Positions 48,047 through 58,300 are shown, numbered from the stretch's first letter. The stretch: DNA of 64,000 nucleotides from an uncultured virus (IMG/VR IMGVR_UViG_3300030117_008055) (IMGVR_UViG_3300030117_008055:1-64000); one strand, 5' to 3'. Translations and numbers: made by a program. Notes: generated from the sequence alone by a model not told the origin.

Positions 48047-51000
48047 ATGAGTAGATTATTTGTAGATAAGATTGCAGCGAACACCACCAACGGTGACGTT
48101 CATGTCGAAACAAACTTAATTGTTAGCGGAAACTTAAATGTTACTGGCACTTTTGATGCGCATGTTGCAGACTTTAAAGTTAACGCCAATTCAATGGTTC
48201 TTGGTGATGCATCCACGGATACTGTCACTTTTAATGCTTCGACAGCTTCGATTCCAAACAACTTAAGCTTCACGACTGGCTCTATTGCTGTCGGCACAAC
48301 AACTTTTGTTGCCCCGTCTGGCGTGGCTAAGTATATACTAGTTTCCGACGCGTCCTCTGCTGGCATTAGCTTGAATGACACTCAAGGAACCCAATGGGAC
48401 GTTTACTCAGCAGACGGTAGATTAAACTTTTTTGCCAGCGCCAACGGCGCTGGTGTTGCAAACAGAATGGCAATACTACACGATGGGCAAGTTGGCATTG
48501 GAACAATAGCCCCATCTACGCTCTTGGAGGTCGCAGGCGACGTAAAAGTCAGTGGTGCGAACAAGCTGTACCTTTTCGACTCAGGCGGCGAATATCTTTC
48601 ATCTGACGGAACAGACCTCACAATCGCTGCTGGCACTGCAATTAACATTGCAGCCGGCGTACTAGATTTAAGCGCTCAAACAGTTGACGTTACTTTAAAT
48701 GCCGCTGTTGACGCACTTAATTTCGATTCAAACACCCTATCGATCGATGCTAGCAACAACAGAGTTGGTATCGGTACCGCAGCCCCGGCTATGCCACTGC
48801 ATGTTGTCAACTCTGCTGGTGGACGAATTATGCTCCACAGATCGTCCGGAGATAGTAGCAGCCAATTAGGTGGAATTCTATTTGGGGCTAATGATGGTGA
48901 TACAAACCTAGCAATGATAACAGCTTACCAAGATGGTGCTGCTGACGCTGCTTATATTTCGTTTGAAACTGAGGCAACTGGCGGTTCGTTGGCTGAACGC
49001 CTTCGCATCACCAGCGCTGGCAACGTTGGTATTGGCGTGACCGACCCAGATGAGCTTTTAGAGGTCGCTGGCGATGTTAAAGTTAGCGGCGCCAACAAGC
49101 TTTATCTTTTCGATTCTGGCGGTGAGCACCTCTCATCTGATGGAACAGATCTCACAATTGCCTCCGGCCAGGATATTAACTTAACAGCGACAACTGACAT
49201 TAATATTCCCGCCAATGTTGGACTTACACTTGGCAGCGATGGCTTCAAGCTTGAAGGCAATGGAACCGATTTGACAGTCACGTCTAGCAATGATATCAAC
49301 TTAACAGCGACAACTGACATTAATATTCCTGCTAACGTTGGACTTACTTTTGGTGACGATGGTGAGAAGATTGAAGGTGATGGAACTGATCTAACTATTT
49401 CTGCGGGTGCCGCCATCAATATTGCGGCTGGCACTTTAGACCTTAGTGCTCAAACAGTAGATGTTACGTTAAACGCTGCTGTCGATGCTCTTAATTTCGA
49501 TTCAAACACTTTATCAATCGACGCCAGCAACAACAGAGTCGGTATCGGAACGGCCGCACCACAGCGCCAGCTTCATATTGAGAACACGGATACTAGAGTC
49601 TTGTTGAAGTCTACTGCTACTAATAGTAATTGCCAGATTAGATTTGAGACAACAGCTTTGGAAACGACAATTGGTGCCAATATTAAAACAAATGGTTCGC
49701 AGTTTGAGATTGTCGATACCACTAATAATGTTGCACGATTAACAATAGATAATGCTGGCAATGTTGGCATTGGAACGGCTAGCCCTAGCAGCCTTCTTCA
49801 TGTCGATGGTGATGCCTTAATTGGCGATGATCTATCCTTGAAATCCGACAGCGCAGTACTTAACTTCGGTGCAGATGATGACGTATCATTAACACATGTC
49901 GCTGACACAGGCCTTCTGCTTAACGGCACAATGAAGATTCAGTTCAATGACGCATCACAGTTTATCCAAGGCTCTTCAGCTACAGTACTATCCATTGGGG
50001 CGACGGATGAGATTGATCTTACAGCGACAACTATCGACATCAACGGCGCCGCTGATATTAGCGGAAATCTTGTTGTTGGCGGCAATCTTACAATCAACGG
50101 AACAACCACAACGGTTAATTCTACAGTTCTAACTGTTGAAGATCCAATTATAACAATTGGCGATGCTGCAGGCGATATCGCCGCGGACGACAATAAAGAT
50201 CGTGGTATAGAATTTAAATACCACAACGGATCTTCTGCTAAAGTTGGATTCTTTGGATTTGATGATAGCACAGGCAAGTTTACCTTTATTGCAGACGCAA
50301 CAAATTCATCTGAAGTTTTCAGCGGAACAGTGGGCCCAATTGATGTAGGTGCGATTAGCGCGTCTTCACTTGAAACATCAGCCGCTGCCACAGTCGGCAC
50401 GGATCTAACAGTTACCGGTGGCGACATTATCTTTGGAAATGGCCAAAGCGCGACAATTGATGTTGCAGATGTTTCTGGTACGGATACTTCTGGTAAGGAC
50501 CTTACCTTGCTGGCAGGCGCCGGCACAGGAAACGCAACCGGAGGAGAATTTAGAGTTGAGTTAGCACCAAATGTTAACTCTAGCGGCACCTCGGTCAACA
50601 GCCATGCTCGCATGCTGACTATTACTGCTGGTTCTGTTGCAAATGGCGCCGGCGGTCTGATGCTGTTTGAGGGAGCAAATTTGAGAGTGACTCCAGATAC
50701 AGCAGCGAGCGTGGATGCAACGCTCTGGGCCACAGGTGGCGAAGGCCAAAATGCTAATTTAAAATTAGTTTCCGACGATCATGATGACGCCGGGGACGCG
50801 TGGCAGGTTAGAGGTACAGGCGCCAGTGGCTTGCTTTTCCAGAATGACATAGCCTCAAAAGACACTTTTGTTTCTCAAATGAGCTATATTCCCCATGCCA
50901 CAGCTGCTAGTGGTTATCTGTCTCTGGCTGGAAGCCTTAAAGTTGGAAGCAACATTATTCAAAACTCTGAGGGCACAACGACCATTACAATGGACACCAG

Positions 51001-52414
51001 TGAAAATATCACTGTGGCCGGCGGCATTGTCTCCACTGGCAATCTTACCGTTAATGGTGATGCGTCTTTTGCTGATGACGTAACGCTTGGCTCTGATGGT
51101 GCGATTGTTAACTTTGGCGCCAACAGCAAAGTCACTCTAACTCACAGCACTGACACAAACTCAGGTTCGGCTACTGCTGAGGGTGTGATATTACAAACAT
51201 CATCAGCTTTAGATGACGACATGGCATTCCCTCTTGTCCTCTCTCACCTTACCTCTGGCAACCCAGATGGCCCGGATTCAGATCCTTCCCCTGGCTTGGG
51301 TGTTGGATTAGGATTTCAAATTGATTCTGATGCCGGAGCGCTTCAAGAAGCGGGAGCGATTACTGTACAGACCGTCGATGCAACGAGTGGGGCAGAGTCG
51401 TATGGCATGACTTTTTCTCTAATGAAAAACGGCGCCACGCCAACCAGTATATTGTCGTTGGATAACGATCTCGGCGGTGGCGGCAACACGCACATGCAGC
51501 TTTATCATGATATGACAAATTATGCTAAGTTTCAAGTTCAAGCCAATGGATATTTAACTATTAGCACTGAAGATAGTGACGGAACAGTCGGCCACATGTC
51601 CTTGCAACCCGATGGTGATTTTGAAATTAAGCCAGCTGGAAATACTATTACATTCAAAAACAGCAGCAATGATACGGCGATTAATTTTGATATAGCTAGT
51701 GCAGACGCGTCAACAATTAGTTTTGGTGCAAATAGCGAGATTACTTTAAAAAATGTACACGACACTGGGCTAACCTTAACGAACACTATTAGCGACACAG
51801 ACAACCGCCCAATTGTTCTGCAGTTAAAGTCCGAAGAGGATGATATTGCAGCTGACGACGTCATCGCGTCTATCGAGATGGCTGCTGGCGACTCTGATGG
51901 CACAGATGGAGCAACGGTGGCTGCAGGTATTCATGCAATCGCAGAGGGTGCATTTAGCGCCAGTGCCAATGCAACCAAGCTAGTGTTCACAACTGGTGCT
52001 AGCGAAACTGCAGCTTCAAGTGCAACTGCAAAAATGTCTCTATCGTCTACAGGTGTGCTTGACGTCAAAGCAGGTATAGAAATTACTGACAATGATGCGG
52101 ACACTATAACGGCAACCGGTGGATCTGCTGTTACGGCAGGGACTGTAACTCAAACTGCTCGAAAGGGAGTTATTACTGTTGACTTGGCAACTAATAGCTG
52201 CAATATTGCTGCTTCATCTACATACATCATCACACTAACAAATGCTTTTTGCGACACAGATAGTGTTGTGTTCGCGTGTAGCACAGTTGATCAAGGAGCA
52301 GTTGGTATTTCTGTAACAGCGCTTAGTAATTCTGGATGTAAAATAAATGTTCAGAACGCTCATCCATCTCAAGCTATTACAAACAACTTTACTATTAACT
52401 ATGTGATACTCTAG
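48047..52414 (+). CDS. Long fibre protein (1455 aa) built from VGIGT..P-containing repeats
   Basis: Several (N/R/Q)VGIG(T/V)..P units, near-identical internal repeats, and GNLTINGTTTTVNSTVLTVEDPII...DRGIEF...FFGFDDS, typical of phage fibres. Confidence 0.7.
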   Translation: MSRLFVDKIAANTTNGDVHVETNLIVSGNLNVTGTFDAHVADFKVNANSMVLGDASTDTVTFNASTASIPNNLSFTTGSIAVGTTTFVAPSGVAKYILVSDASSAGISLNDTQGTQWDVYSADGRLNFFASANGAGVANRMAILHDGQVGIGTIAPSTLLEVAGDVKVSGANKLYLFDSGGEYLSSDGTDLTIAAGTAINIAAGVLDLSAQTVDVTLNAAVDALNFDSNTLSIDASNNRVGIGTAAPAMPLHVVNSAGGRIMLHRSSGDSSSQLGGILFGANDGDTNLAMITAYQDGAADAAYISFETEATGGSLAERLRITSAGNVGIGVTDPDELLEVAGDVKVSGANKLYLFDSGGEHLSSDGTDLTIASGQDINLTATTDINIPANVGLTLGSDGFKLEGNGTDLTVTSSNDINLTATTDINIPANVGLTFGDDGEKIEGDGTDLTISAGAAINIAAGTLDLSAQTVDVTLNAAVDALNFDSNTLSIDASNNRVGIGTAAPQRQLHIENTDTRVLLKSTATNSNCQIRFETTALETTIGANIKTNGSQFEIVDTTNNVARLTIDNAGNVGIGTASPSSLLHVDGDALIGDDLSLKSDSAVLNFGADDDVSLTHVADTGLLLNGTMKIQFNDASQFIQGSSATVLSIGATDEIDLTATTIDINGAADISGNLVVGGNLTINGTTTTVNSTVLTVEDPIITIGDAAGDIAADDNKDRGIEFKYHNGSSAKVGFFGFDDSTGKFTFIADATNSSEVFSGTVGPIDVGAISASSLETSAAATVGTDLTVTGGDIIFGNGQSATIDVADVSGTDTSGKDLTLLAGAGTGNATGGEFRVELAPNVNSSGTSVNSHARMLTITAGSVANGAGGLMLFEGANLRVTPDTAASVDATLWATGGEGQNANLKLVSDDHDDAGDAWQVRGTGASGLLFQNDIASKDTFVSQMSYIPHATAASGYLSLAGSLKVGSNIIQNSEGTTTITMDTSENITVAGGIVSTGNLTVNGDASFADDVTLGSDGAIVNFGANSKVTLTHSTDTNSGSATAEGVILQTSSALDDDMAFPLVLSHLTSGNPDGPDSDPSPGLGVGLGFQIDSDAGALQEAGAITVQTVDATSGAESYGMTFSLMKNGATPTSILSLDNDLGGGGNTHMQLYHDMTNYAKFQVQANGYLTISTEDSDGTVGHMSLQPDGDFEIKPAGNTITFKNSSNDTAINFDIASADASTISFGANSEITLKNVHDTGLTLTNTISDTDNRPIVLQLKSEEDDIAADDVIASIEMAAGDSDGTDGATVAAGIHAIAEGAFSASANATKLVFTTGASETAASSATAKMSLSSTGVLDVKAGIEITDNDADTITATGGSAVTAGTVTQTARKGVITVDLATNSCNIAASSTYIITLTNAFCDTDSVVFACSTVDQGAVGISVTALSNSGCKINVQNAHPSQAITNNFTINYVIL
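48521..49561 (+). repeat. Mosaic coding repeats in order A-B-x-A-C-C-B
   Basis: A at 48521 and 49055; B at 48638-48787 and 49412-49561; C at 49172 and 49292, including an identical 32 nt block (49178-49209 = 49298-49329). Confidence 0.85.
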
Positions 52415-52447
52415 TGTTGGATTTTAGTTAAAACTTAAAATCAGTCA

Positions 52448-52471
52448 TTTGCAAAAATTAATTACTATTTA
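52448..52471 (+). promoter_or_regulatory. TTTGCA-N10-ACTATTTA putative late promoter (scaffold/capsid operon)
   Basis: Intergenic; same elements and spacing as 58222-58245. Confidence 0.65.
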
Positions 52472-52500
52472 TTATGGAAAATATTCTCAGGAGAAAATAA

Positions 52501-53619
52501 ATGTCAGACATGCTAGAACAAGCTATTATCGATGCTGAGGCTCTAAAGGATGCAGCAGTAAAAAATGCTGAAACTTTAGTTTTAGAGCAGTATTCAGGTC
52601 AGATTAAAGAAGCAGTTCAGGCTATGCTTGAGCAGGAGGATCCTTTGGCTGATTTAGGCGGTGGTGATCCTCTTGGAGGCGACGCCGGCGCAGGTGATGC
52701 TGCAGCTGCAGGACCTGCGGCTGGAGAAGGAGCAGAATCGGCAGAGTCTAATGTGATTAAGCATATTCCTTTGGTTGCTGACGCTCGCGGCCCAAACGAG
52801 ACTGTTACAATTCCTCTTGATTCCTTAATGGAAGAGCTTAAGCTTATGAGTGAGAACTTAGAGCATCAGCTTGAAGAAGAGTTTACCTTTGATGAAGGAA
52901 TCGCTCGTGGCGTAACGGATGCTTTAGTTGACTATGATCCTGATGCCGCTGGCCCTGGACAAATGAACGAAGAGGAAGAACTAGAGGAAGTAGAGCTAGA
53001 TGAAGAGTTTATATCAGATCTAGCCGAGGCTCTAAAAGTTGATATTCTTCCAGTTAAGTCTGGATTCTTGTCTACCCCTGAATCTGCATATGAACTAGCT
53101 GAGGAAGAAATCCTTGCCCTTGAGCAAGACTCTGAAGTTAGAGAGAAAAAGGCTGCTATGAGAAGAGCAGTCGAAGAATTAAAAGCTGTCAACGAGGTTC
53201 TACAAAGCAAAAATGATGAAATTTCAGAATCTCTTGACGAAGCAAAAGACTTTATTGTCAAGTTACGCGATGCAGTTGTTGTGTTGAAAGAAAAGATGGA
53301 GGCAACTTCACTTTCTAACGCACGTCTTCTGTATCAAAATAAAGCTTTAACCAGCGACTCTTTAAATGGGCGGCAAAAACGTAAGCTTGCCGAAGCTGTT
53401 TCTAAAGCTACAACAATTGAAGAAGCAAAAGTAATCTATGAGACACTTCATAGCACAGTGGGCAGCACCAACCCTGCGAAGCAGCCAAATTCACTGCGCG
53501 AGGCGGTAGAGAAGTCTTCTTCTGTGATCCTGGCCGGATCCCGTAAAGCGGAAAAAAGCCAAAAAGAAGATCCTTCGTTTGATCGTTGGAGATTTTTAGC
53601 AGGAATTAATAAAGACTAA
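52501..53619 (+). CDS. Prohead scaffold/core protein (gp22-like by position)
   Basis: Very acidic coiled-coil protein directly upstream of the major capsid gene; LSNARLLYQNK; C-terminal RWRFLAGI. Confidence 0.7.
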   Translation: MSDMLEQAIIDAEALKDAAVKNAETLVLEQYSGQIKEAVQAMLEQEDPLADLGGGDPLGGDAGAGDAAAAGPAAGEGAESAESNVIKHIPLVADARGPNETVTIPLDSLMEELKLMSENLEHQLEEEFTFDEGIARGVTDALVDYDPDAAGPGQMNEEEELEEVELDEEFISDLAEALKVDILPVKSGFLSTPESAYELAEEEILALEQDSEVREKKAAMRRAVEELKAVNEVLQSKNDEISESLDEAKDFIVKLRDAVVVLKEKMEATSLSNARLLYQNKALTSDSLNGRQKRKLAEAVSKATTIEEAKVIYETLHSTVGSTNPAKQPNSLREAVEKSSSVILAGSRKAEKSQKEDPSFDRWRFLAGINKD

Positions 53620-53638
53620 TTTATAGGAGGATTTCAAA

Positions 53639-55486
53639 ATGTCTGTATTACAAAAATTAACAGAAGGCATTGTTAATCGGAATCTTTCAAGAGATGGTGC
53701 TGCCCTAATGGATAAGTGGGAAAAGACCGGTCTTCTTGAAGGAATTACTGATCAAAATCAACGCCAAGGAATGGCCCGTCTCTTAGAGAATCAGGCCGCA
53801 CAGCTTCTTAAGGAGGCTTCAACTCTAGGTGCAGGTGACGTCGAAGGTTTCGCTTCGGTTGCTTTCCCTATCGTTCGCCGTGTTTTCGGTGGACTTATTG
53901 CTAATGAGCTTGTGTCGGTTCAGCCGATGAGCTTGCCTTCGGGCCTCATCTTCTTCCTCGACTTCAAGTACGACGACGGGGATCTCAAGTCCGGAGCGAC
54001 CGAAGATGCGTCGGTATATGGCGGTGGACGCCTCGGTGCAGAGATCACTGGTGGTGTGCTCCTTACGGGTGTTAACGCTGAGCGTGGTTTCTACGGCCTC
54101 ACTAACGGCTATTCTAGCCCAAGTGGTTCCGTAGTGGCAACTGCTGCGATCAAGACTGCTTCTGCAGAGGATGGTAGCACTGTCGTTATGAGTGGTGCTC
54201 TTCGCTTAAATCAGCTTACGGGCTCGAATGCATTTGCAAGAAACTTGCTTAAGCATGATCCTGATTTGGTTGAAGCTCGACGCTACATTGTTCTGACCGT
54301 CGCCAAGTCTGATCTTACTGACTTCGACGAGAATAATCTTATCGCGGTTCAGTGGGAAGGCACTGCAGTTACTGCAGATACTGCTGGTGATGCTGGCGAG
54401 ATTTTGAATGGAGCAAACAACGGCATTCAGATTCGTCGACTGACTCAGGTCGACCCAGACAATGCTGCCAATCTTATGCTCGTTTTCGAGCGTACAACTG
54501 ACAGCACACCTACTGTTAGCGACAGCACGCCCGATCTCGCATTGGCATATGCACGTCAGGACAACTTTGATAACACTGCAGCTAACGTCCCTGGTGGCGT
54601 TGTTGGTGATATCTTCGCTCTTGAGGGTGCAAACAATAATAACGCCGGTACATCTGTCGGTGGTGAGTTTGTTGGTGATGATAGTGGCACTGGCGGGGCG
54701 CACGTCGACAGCATGAAAGAGCTTAACATCGACGTGTCCAGCATCGCTGTGACCACGCAGACCAAAAAGCTCAAGGCTAAGTGGACCCCTGAGCTTGGTC
54801 AGGATCTTAATGCGTACCATAACTTGGATGCCGAGGTTGAGCTTACTCAACTTCTTTCCGAGCACATTGCGCTTGAGATTGATCGCGAGATCATGAGTGA
54901 GTTGGTTACGCAGGCTACTGCTGATACCTTCCATTGGTCGCGACGACCTGGTAAGTTTCTGGATCGAAGCAGTGGTGAGCAGGTTGGTGGCGATGTTGCC
55001 AATGAGTCTCTCATGGGTGCTGACTTCACCGGTACTGTGTCCGAGTGGTACGAGACTCTGATCGAGACCATCAATGATGTGTCGGCTCAGATTCACCGTA
55101 AGACTCTCCGCGGTGGCGCTAACTTCATTGTCTGCGGACCAGAAGTTGCTAATATCCTTGAGTTCACCTCTGGTTACCGTGCAAACGTTAGCCATGAGGA
55201 TAGCCGTGGTGATATTGGTGCAGTTAAGGCTGGTAACCTTAGCCGTAAGTTCGATGTTTACGTCGATCCTTACTTCCCTCGTTCAACGATCCTTGTTGGT
55301 CGTCGTGGGGCTAGCTTCCTTGAGAGCGGCTATGTTTATGCACCTTACGTGCCTCTACAGGTTACTCCGACAATCTTCGGTACTGAGGACTTCGTGCCCC
55401 GTAAGGGCGTGATGACTCGTTATGCCAAGAAGATGGTCCGACCTGATATGTACGGTCTGGTTATCTGCCATGATCTCTTAGGCTAA
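53639..55486 (+). CDS. Major capsid protein (T4 gp23-like)
   Basis: KWEKTGLLEG, LLENQA, PIVRRVF, VSVQPMSLPSGLIFFLD, KKLKAKWTPELGQDLNAYHNLDAEVEL, EIDREI, YAPYVPL, PRKGVMTRYA. Confidence 0.95.
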   Translation: MSVLQKLTEGIVNRNLSRDGAALMDKWEKTGLLEGITDQNQRQGMARLLENQAAQLLKEASTLGAGDVEGFASVAFPIVRRVFGGLIANELVSVQPMSLPSGLIFFLDFKYDDGDLKSGATEDASVYGGGRLGAEITGGVLLTGVNAERGFYGLTNGYSSPSGSVVATAAIKTASAEDGSTVVMSGALRLNQLTGSNAFARNLLKHDPDLVEARRYIVLTVAKSDLTDFDENNLIAVQWEGTAVTADTAGDAGEILNGANNGIQIRRLTQVDPDNAANLMLVFERTTDSTPTVSDSTPDLALAYARQDNFDNTAANVPGGVVGDIFALEGANNNNAGTSVGGEFVGDDSGTGGAHVDSMKELNIDVSSIAVTTQTKKLKAKWTPELGQDLNAYHNLDAEVELTQLLSEHIALEIDREIMSELVTQATADTFHWSRRPGKFLDRSSGEQVGGDVANESLMGADFTGTVSEWYETLIETINDVSAQIHRKTLRGGANFIVCGPEVANILEFTSGYRANVSHEDSRGDIGAVKAGNLSRKFDVYVDPYFPRSTILVGRRGASFLESGYVYAPYVPLQVTPTIFGTEDFVPRKGVMTRYAKKMVRPDMYGLVICHDLLG

Positions 55487-55515
55487 GCTTAAAGATTTGG
55501 TTATAACGCCAAACG

Positions 55516-55549
55516 ACCCCGCCTGTTCATTCAGGCGGGGTTTTCTTTT
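55516..55549 (+). terminator. Rho-independent terminator after the major capsid gene
   Basis: ACCCCGCCTG-ttcatt-CAGGCGGGGT perfect 10 bp stem followed by TTTCTTTT. Confidence 0.9.
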
Positions 55550-55557
55550 GTCTTCAA

Positions 55558-55565
55558 ACTATTTA
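55558..55565 (+). promoter_or_regulatory. ACTATTTA putative late promoter element (neck genes)
   Basis: Directly after the capsid terminator, 25 nt before start 55591. Confidence 0.6.
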
Positions 55566-55590
55566 CCTTGTACAATAGGAGATAAAATGT

Positions 55591-56868
55591 ATGTCGCTCC
55601 CAAACCTTACACCCGCATCTTCAGCCAGCGCAGTTGTTCTGCCTGAGACTGGCTCTTTATCAAACGCAGCGATATCAACCAATTATCCCTATGGAATATA
55701 CGCTTCTGGCTCGCTTTCAAATAGTAGTTTTGTCACAGGCGCAGCAGAGCAAGTAAATTATACTTACCGCAAACTCGGCGGTGATATACTTGACATTGAA
55801 CTAACAGAGAAGAATATATTTGCATCTTATGAAGAAGCTGTGCTAGAGTATTCTTATATTTTAAATGTCCATCAGGCAAAAAATATACTTCATAGCGCTT
55901 TGGGCTCTACAACTGGCACTTTTGATAGTGATGGCGAAAGAACAGATGCTAAGGCTGACGACAAAATACAATTAAAATATCCAAAGTTTAGATTTGGCTA
56001 CGCCAAAAGAGCTATGGACCACAGCATTTCAGAAACTGGCTTAGGCGGGACAACTCCAGTGTATACAGCTTCCTTTGACGCAGTGTCCCAAAAACAAGAA
56101 TATGATTTACAAGAGATAGTCCAGAATCTATCTTTAACTGGAAGCTCAAATTATCCGGGCGTTGTTGATAACAGTAGGGTTATCATTCGCAGAGTGTACT
56201 ATAGGACTCCTCATACAATGTGGAGATTTTATGGATACTATGGAGGGATGAATCAAGTTGGTAATATGTCAACTTATGGCATGTATGCAGATGATTCAAC
56301 ATTTGAAGTTATTCCCCCATGGCACAACAAACTTCAAGCCATGGCATATGAGGACGCGATCTACACTAGGAACTCACACTATTCATACGAAATTCAGAAT
56401 AATGTTTTAAAATTATTTCCGTTTCCAACAACTTTAAGTCCCGAAAAATATTTTTTTGAATTTACTGTGCACAGCCCTGATGAAATATTCGAAGAACAAG
56501 ATATTAAAAAAGATGGAATTGATGGCGTCAACAACATGAACACGCTTCCTATGTCTAATATACCTTATGAGAATATCAATGCCATAGGAAAGCAGTGGAT
56601 TCGTAGATTTGCTCTTGCTTTGACAAAAGAAACACTTGGGCAAGTGCGCTCAAAGTTTGGAAACGTTCCAATTCCAAACAATACTGTACAGCTTAATGGA
56701 GCTGCACTTATTACAGAGGGCAAAGACCTACAAAACAAGCTTCGCGAGGAACTTCAGAAAGTTCTAGATGAAATGACTTATGAAAAGATGGTGGAAACTC
56801 AAAGCAATATCACTGAGAAGACTCAAGGCATTGCAAAACACTATCCTTTCTTTATTTACCAGGGATAG
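55591..56868 (+). CDS. Neck/head-tail adaptor protein (gp13-like)
   Basis: RKLGGDILDIELT, WIRRFALALTKETLGQVRSKF, LNGAALITEG; position after the capsid gene. Confidence 0.8.
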   Translation: MSLPNLTPASSASAVVLPETGSLSNAAISTNYPYGIYASGSLSNSSFVTGAAEQVNYTYRKLGGDILDIELTEKNIFASYEEAVLEYSYILNVHQAKNILHSALGSTTGTFDSDGERTDAKADDKIQLKYPKFRFGYAKRAMDHSISETGLGGTTPVYTASFDAVSQKQEYDLQEIVQNLSLTGSSNYPGVVDNSRVIIRRVYYRTPHTMWRFYGYYGGMNQVGNMSTYGMYADDSTFEVIPPWHNKLQAMAYEDAIYTRNSHYSYEIQNNVLKLFPFPTTLSPEKYFFEFTVHSPDEIFEEQDIKKDGIDGVNNMNTLPMSNIPYENINAIGKQWIRRFALALTKETLGQVRSKFGNVPIPNNTVQLNGAALITEGKDLQNKLREELQKVLDEMTYEKMVETQSNITEKTQGIAKHYPFFIYQG

Positions 56869-56873
56869 TATAG

Positions 56874-57368
56874 ATGGCTGATGAAACAGATAAGTGGACA
56901 AGACCAGCTGTGCCTCCACCGCCCTTGTTTTTAGGCGAAAAAGAACGCGATCTTGTCAAGCAAGTTAACGATGAAATCATTGAGCGTGTTATTGGGCAAG
57001 CAATTGCTTACTATCCTATTGATTTAGAGCGCACAAGATACCATCAGCTTTACGGTGAGGCAATTGTAAAAACATTTTTGCCACCGGTTCGCGTGCATGC
57101 TTTGATCGACTTTCAGGGTCAAGAAACAAAGGCTGAAAATCATGGAATTGACAAAATGACAAAGATAACTGTGCATTTTCACAAGCGTAGGTTGACCGAA
57201 GACCAAGATTTGTTTGTTAGAGAGGGGGACTTTGTGCTCTATGGCGAAGCGTTCTACGAGATTGTGTCTTTAAAAGAAGCAAAAGAGCTTTTTGGCCAAG
57301 TTGATCGAAGAATAGAGATATCAGCACAATGTATACGTTCAAGGGAGGGCTTGTTCGATGGCACGTGA
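56874..57368 (+). CDS. Neck/head-closure protein (gp14-like)
   Basis: E.I...GQ...YY, LYGEA..K.F, REGDFVLYGEAFYEI; synteny. Confidence 0.7.
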   Translation: MADETDKWTRPAVPPPPLFLGEKERDLVKQVNDEIIERVIGQAIAYYPIDLERTRYHQLYGEAIVKTFLPPVRVHALIDFQGQETKAENHGIDKMTKITVHFHKRRLTEDQDLFVREGDFVLYGEAFYEIVSLKEAKELFGQVDRRIEISAQCIRSREGLFDGT

Positions 57369-58209
57369 TAAACAAAAAGGCGATGTACAAGAAAAAGAAA
57401 GAGATATACCCTATTACAAGTCTGATTTAGAAGATGTTGACATGTCTGTATTTAATTTTTTCAATAAAAAGCTTAATATCAGCACCAGAACCAATAAAGG
57501 CTTTGCATCTGTGCCTATTGTGTGGGCTGGATACGAAAGAGCTAACAATGTAAAGCGAGACGACATTAAACGAGACTCAAAAGGTAACGTTACTTATCCT
57601 ATAATTGTTATTGAAAGAGGGAATATTGTAAAAGACCTGCAAAATGCAAAATCCTTTCCTTACGCAGCTGTCGACCCCCGCGGAGATTTGAAAGGCGGGC
57701 TAATAGAGATCAACCGCGTTATAAAACAAGATAAAACTTCAAACTTTTTAAAAGCTGATACAATGTCTCGTTTATCGCAAGAAGGTCTTCCTGTAAAAAG
57801 AGGTCAAGAAAGCAATAAAGTTGTTTACGAAACCCTAACCATACCTATACCCATATATGTTAATATTGATTATAAAATAGTTGTCAGAACAGAGTATCAA
57901 GAGCAAATGAACGATATAATGACGCCAATTATTAGAGCGTCAAATGCGCATCGTAGAATTATGATTGGTCATGGTGGAAATGCTTATGAAGCCTTTATGG
58001 ATGACAGTTATTCAGTAGCAAACAATATTTCAAATTATGAAACTAATGAGAGAAAATACGAAACATCTATGAATATGAAAGTTTTGGCTTATCTTATTGG
58101 GGACACTAGAAATCAGAAACAACCTCGTGTTGTTCGCAGAGAAAATCCAGTCAAGGTGCGCCTTTTAAGAGAGAGAGTTGTGGTCGGTGACATCGACGAC
58201 GTATTTTAG
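57358..58209 (+). CDS. Tail terminator/sheath stabiliser (gp15-like)
   Basis: VPIVWA..ER, YPII.IER, PIYVNIDY.....EYQEQMNDI; lies between neck and sheath genes. Confidence 0.7.
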   Translation: MARDKQKGDVQEKERDIPYYKSDLEDVDMSVFNFFNKKLNISTRTNKGFASVPIVWAGYERANNVKRDDIKRDSKGNVTYPIIVIERGNIVKDLQNAKSFPYAAVDPRGDLKGGLIEINRVIKQDKTSNFLKADTMSRLSQEGLPVKRGQESNKVVYETLTIPIPIYVNIDYKIVVRTEYQEQMNDIMTPIIRASNAHRRIMIGHGGNAYEAFMDDSYSVANNISNYETNERKYETSMNMKVLAYLIGDTRNQKQPRVVRRENPVKVRLLRERVVVGDIDDVF

Positions 58210-58221
58210 AATTAAAAGGAT

Positions 58222-58245
58222 TTTGCATTTAGGATATACTATTTA
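58222..58245 (+). promoter_or_regulatory. TTTGCA-N10-ACTATTTA putative late promoter (sheath operon)
   Basis: Intergenic; same elements and spacing as 52448-52471. Confidence 0.65.
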
Positions 58246-58300
58246 TTAGAGAAAAATGTTCTACAAAAAGAACAACCTTTAGTGGTTAAGGAGTAAAAAA

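Noticed and set aside
44320..52414. Diversity-generating retroelement or CRISPR-like array behind the repeats
   Set aside because: The repeats are in-frame coding units with synonymous, not adenine-specific, differences; no reverse transcriptase and no repeat-spacer periodicity.
52420..52442. AT-rich inverted repeat GATTTTAGTT..AACTTAAAATC after the fibre gene
   Set aside because: Weak, bulged and lacking a U-tract; cannot be called a terminator.
54206..55195. 329 aa antisense ORF over the major capsid gene
   Set aside because: It mirrors the capsid reading frame and is expected from that gene's codon bias; no recognisable motifs.
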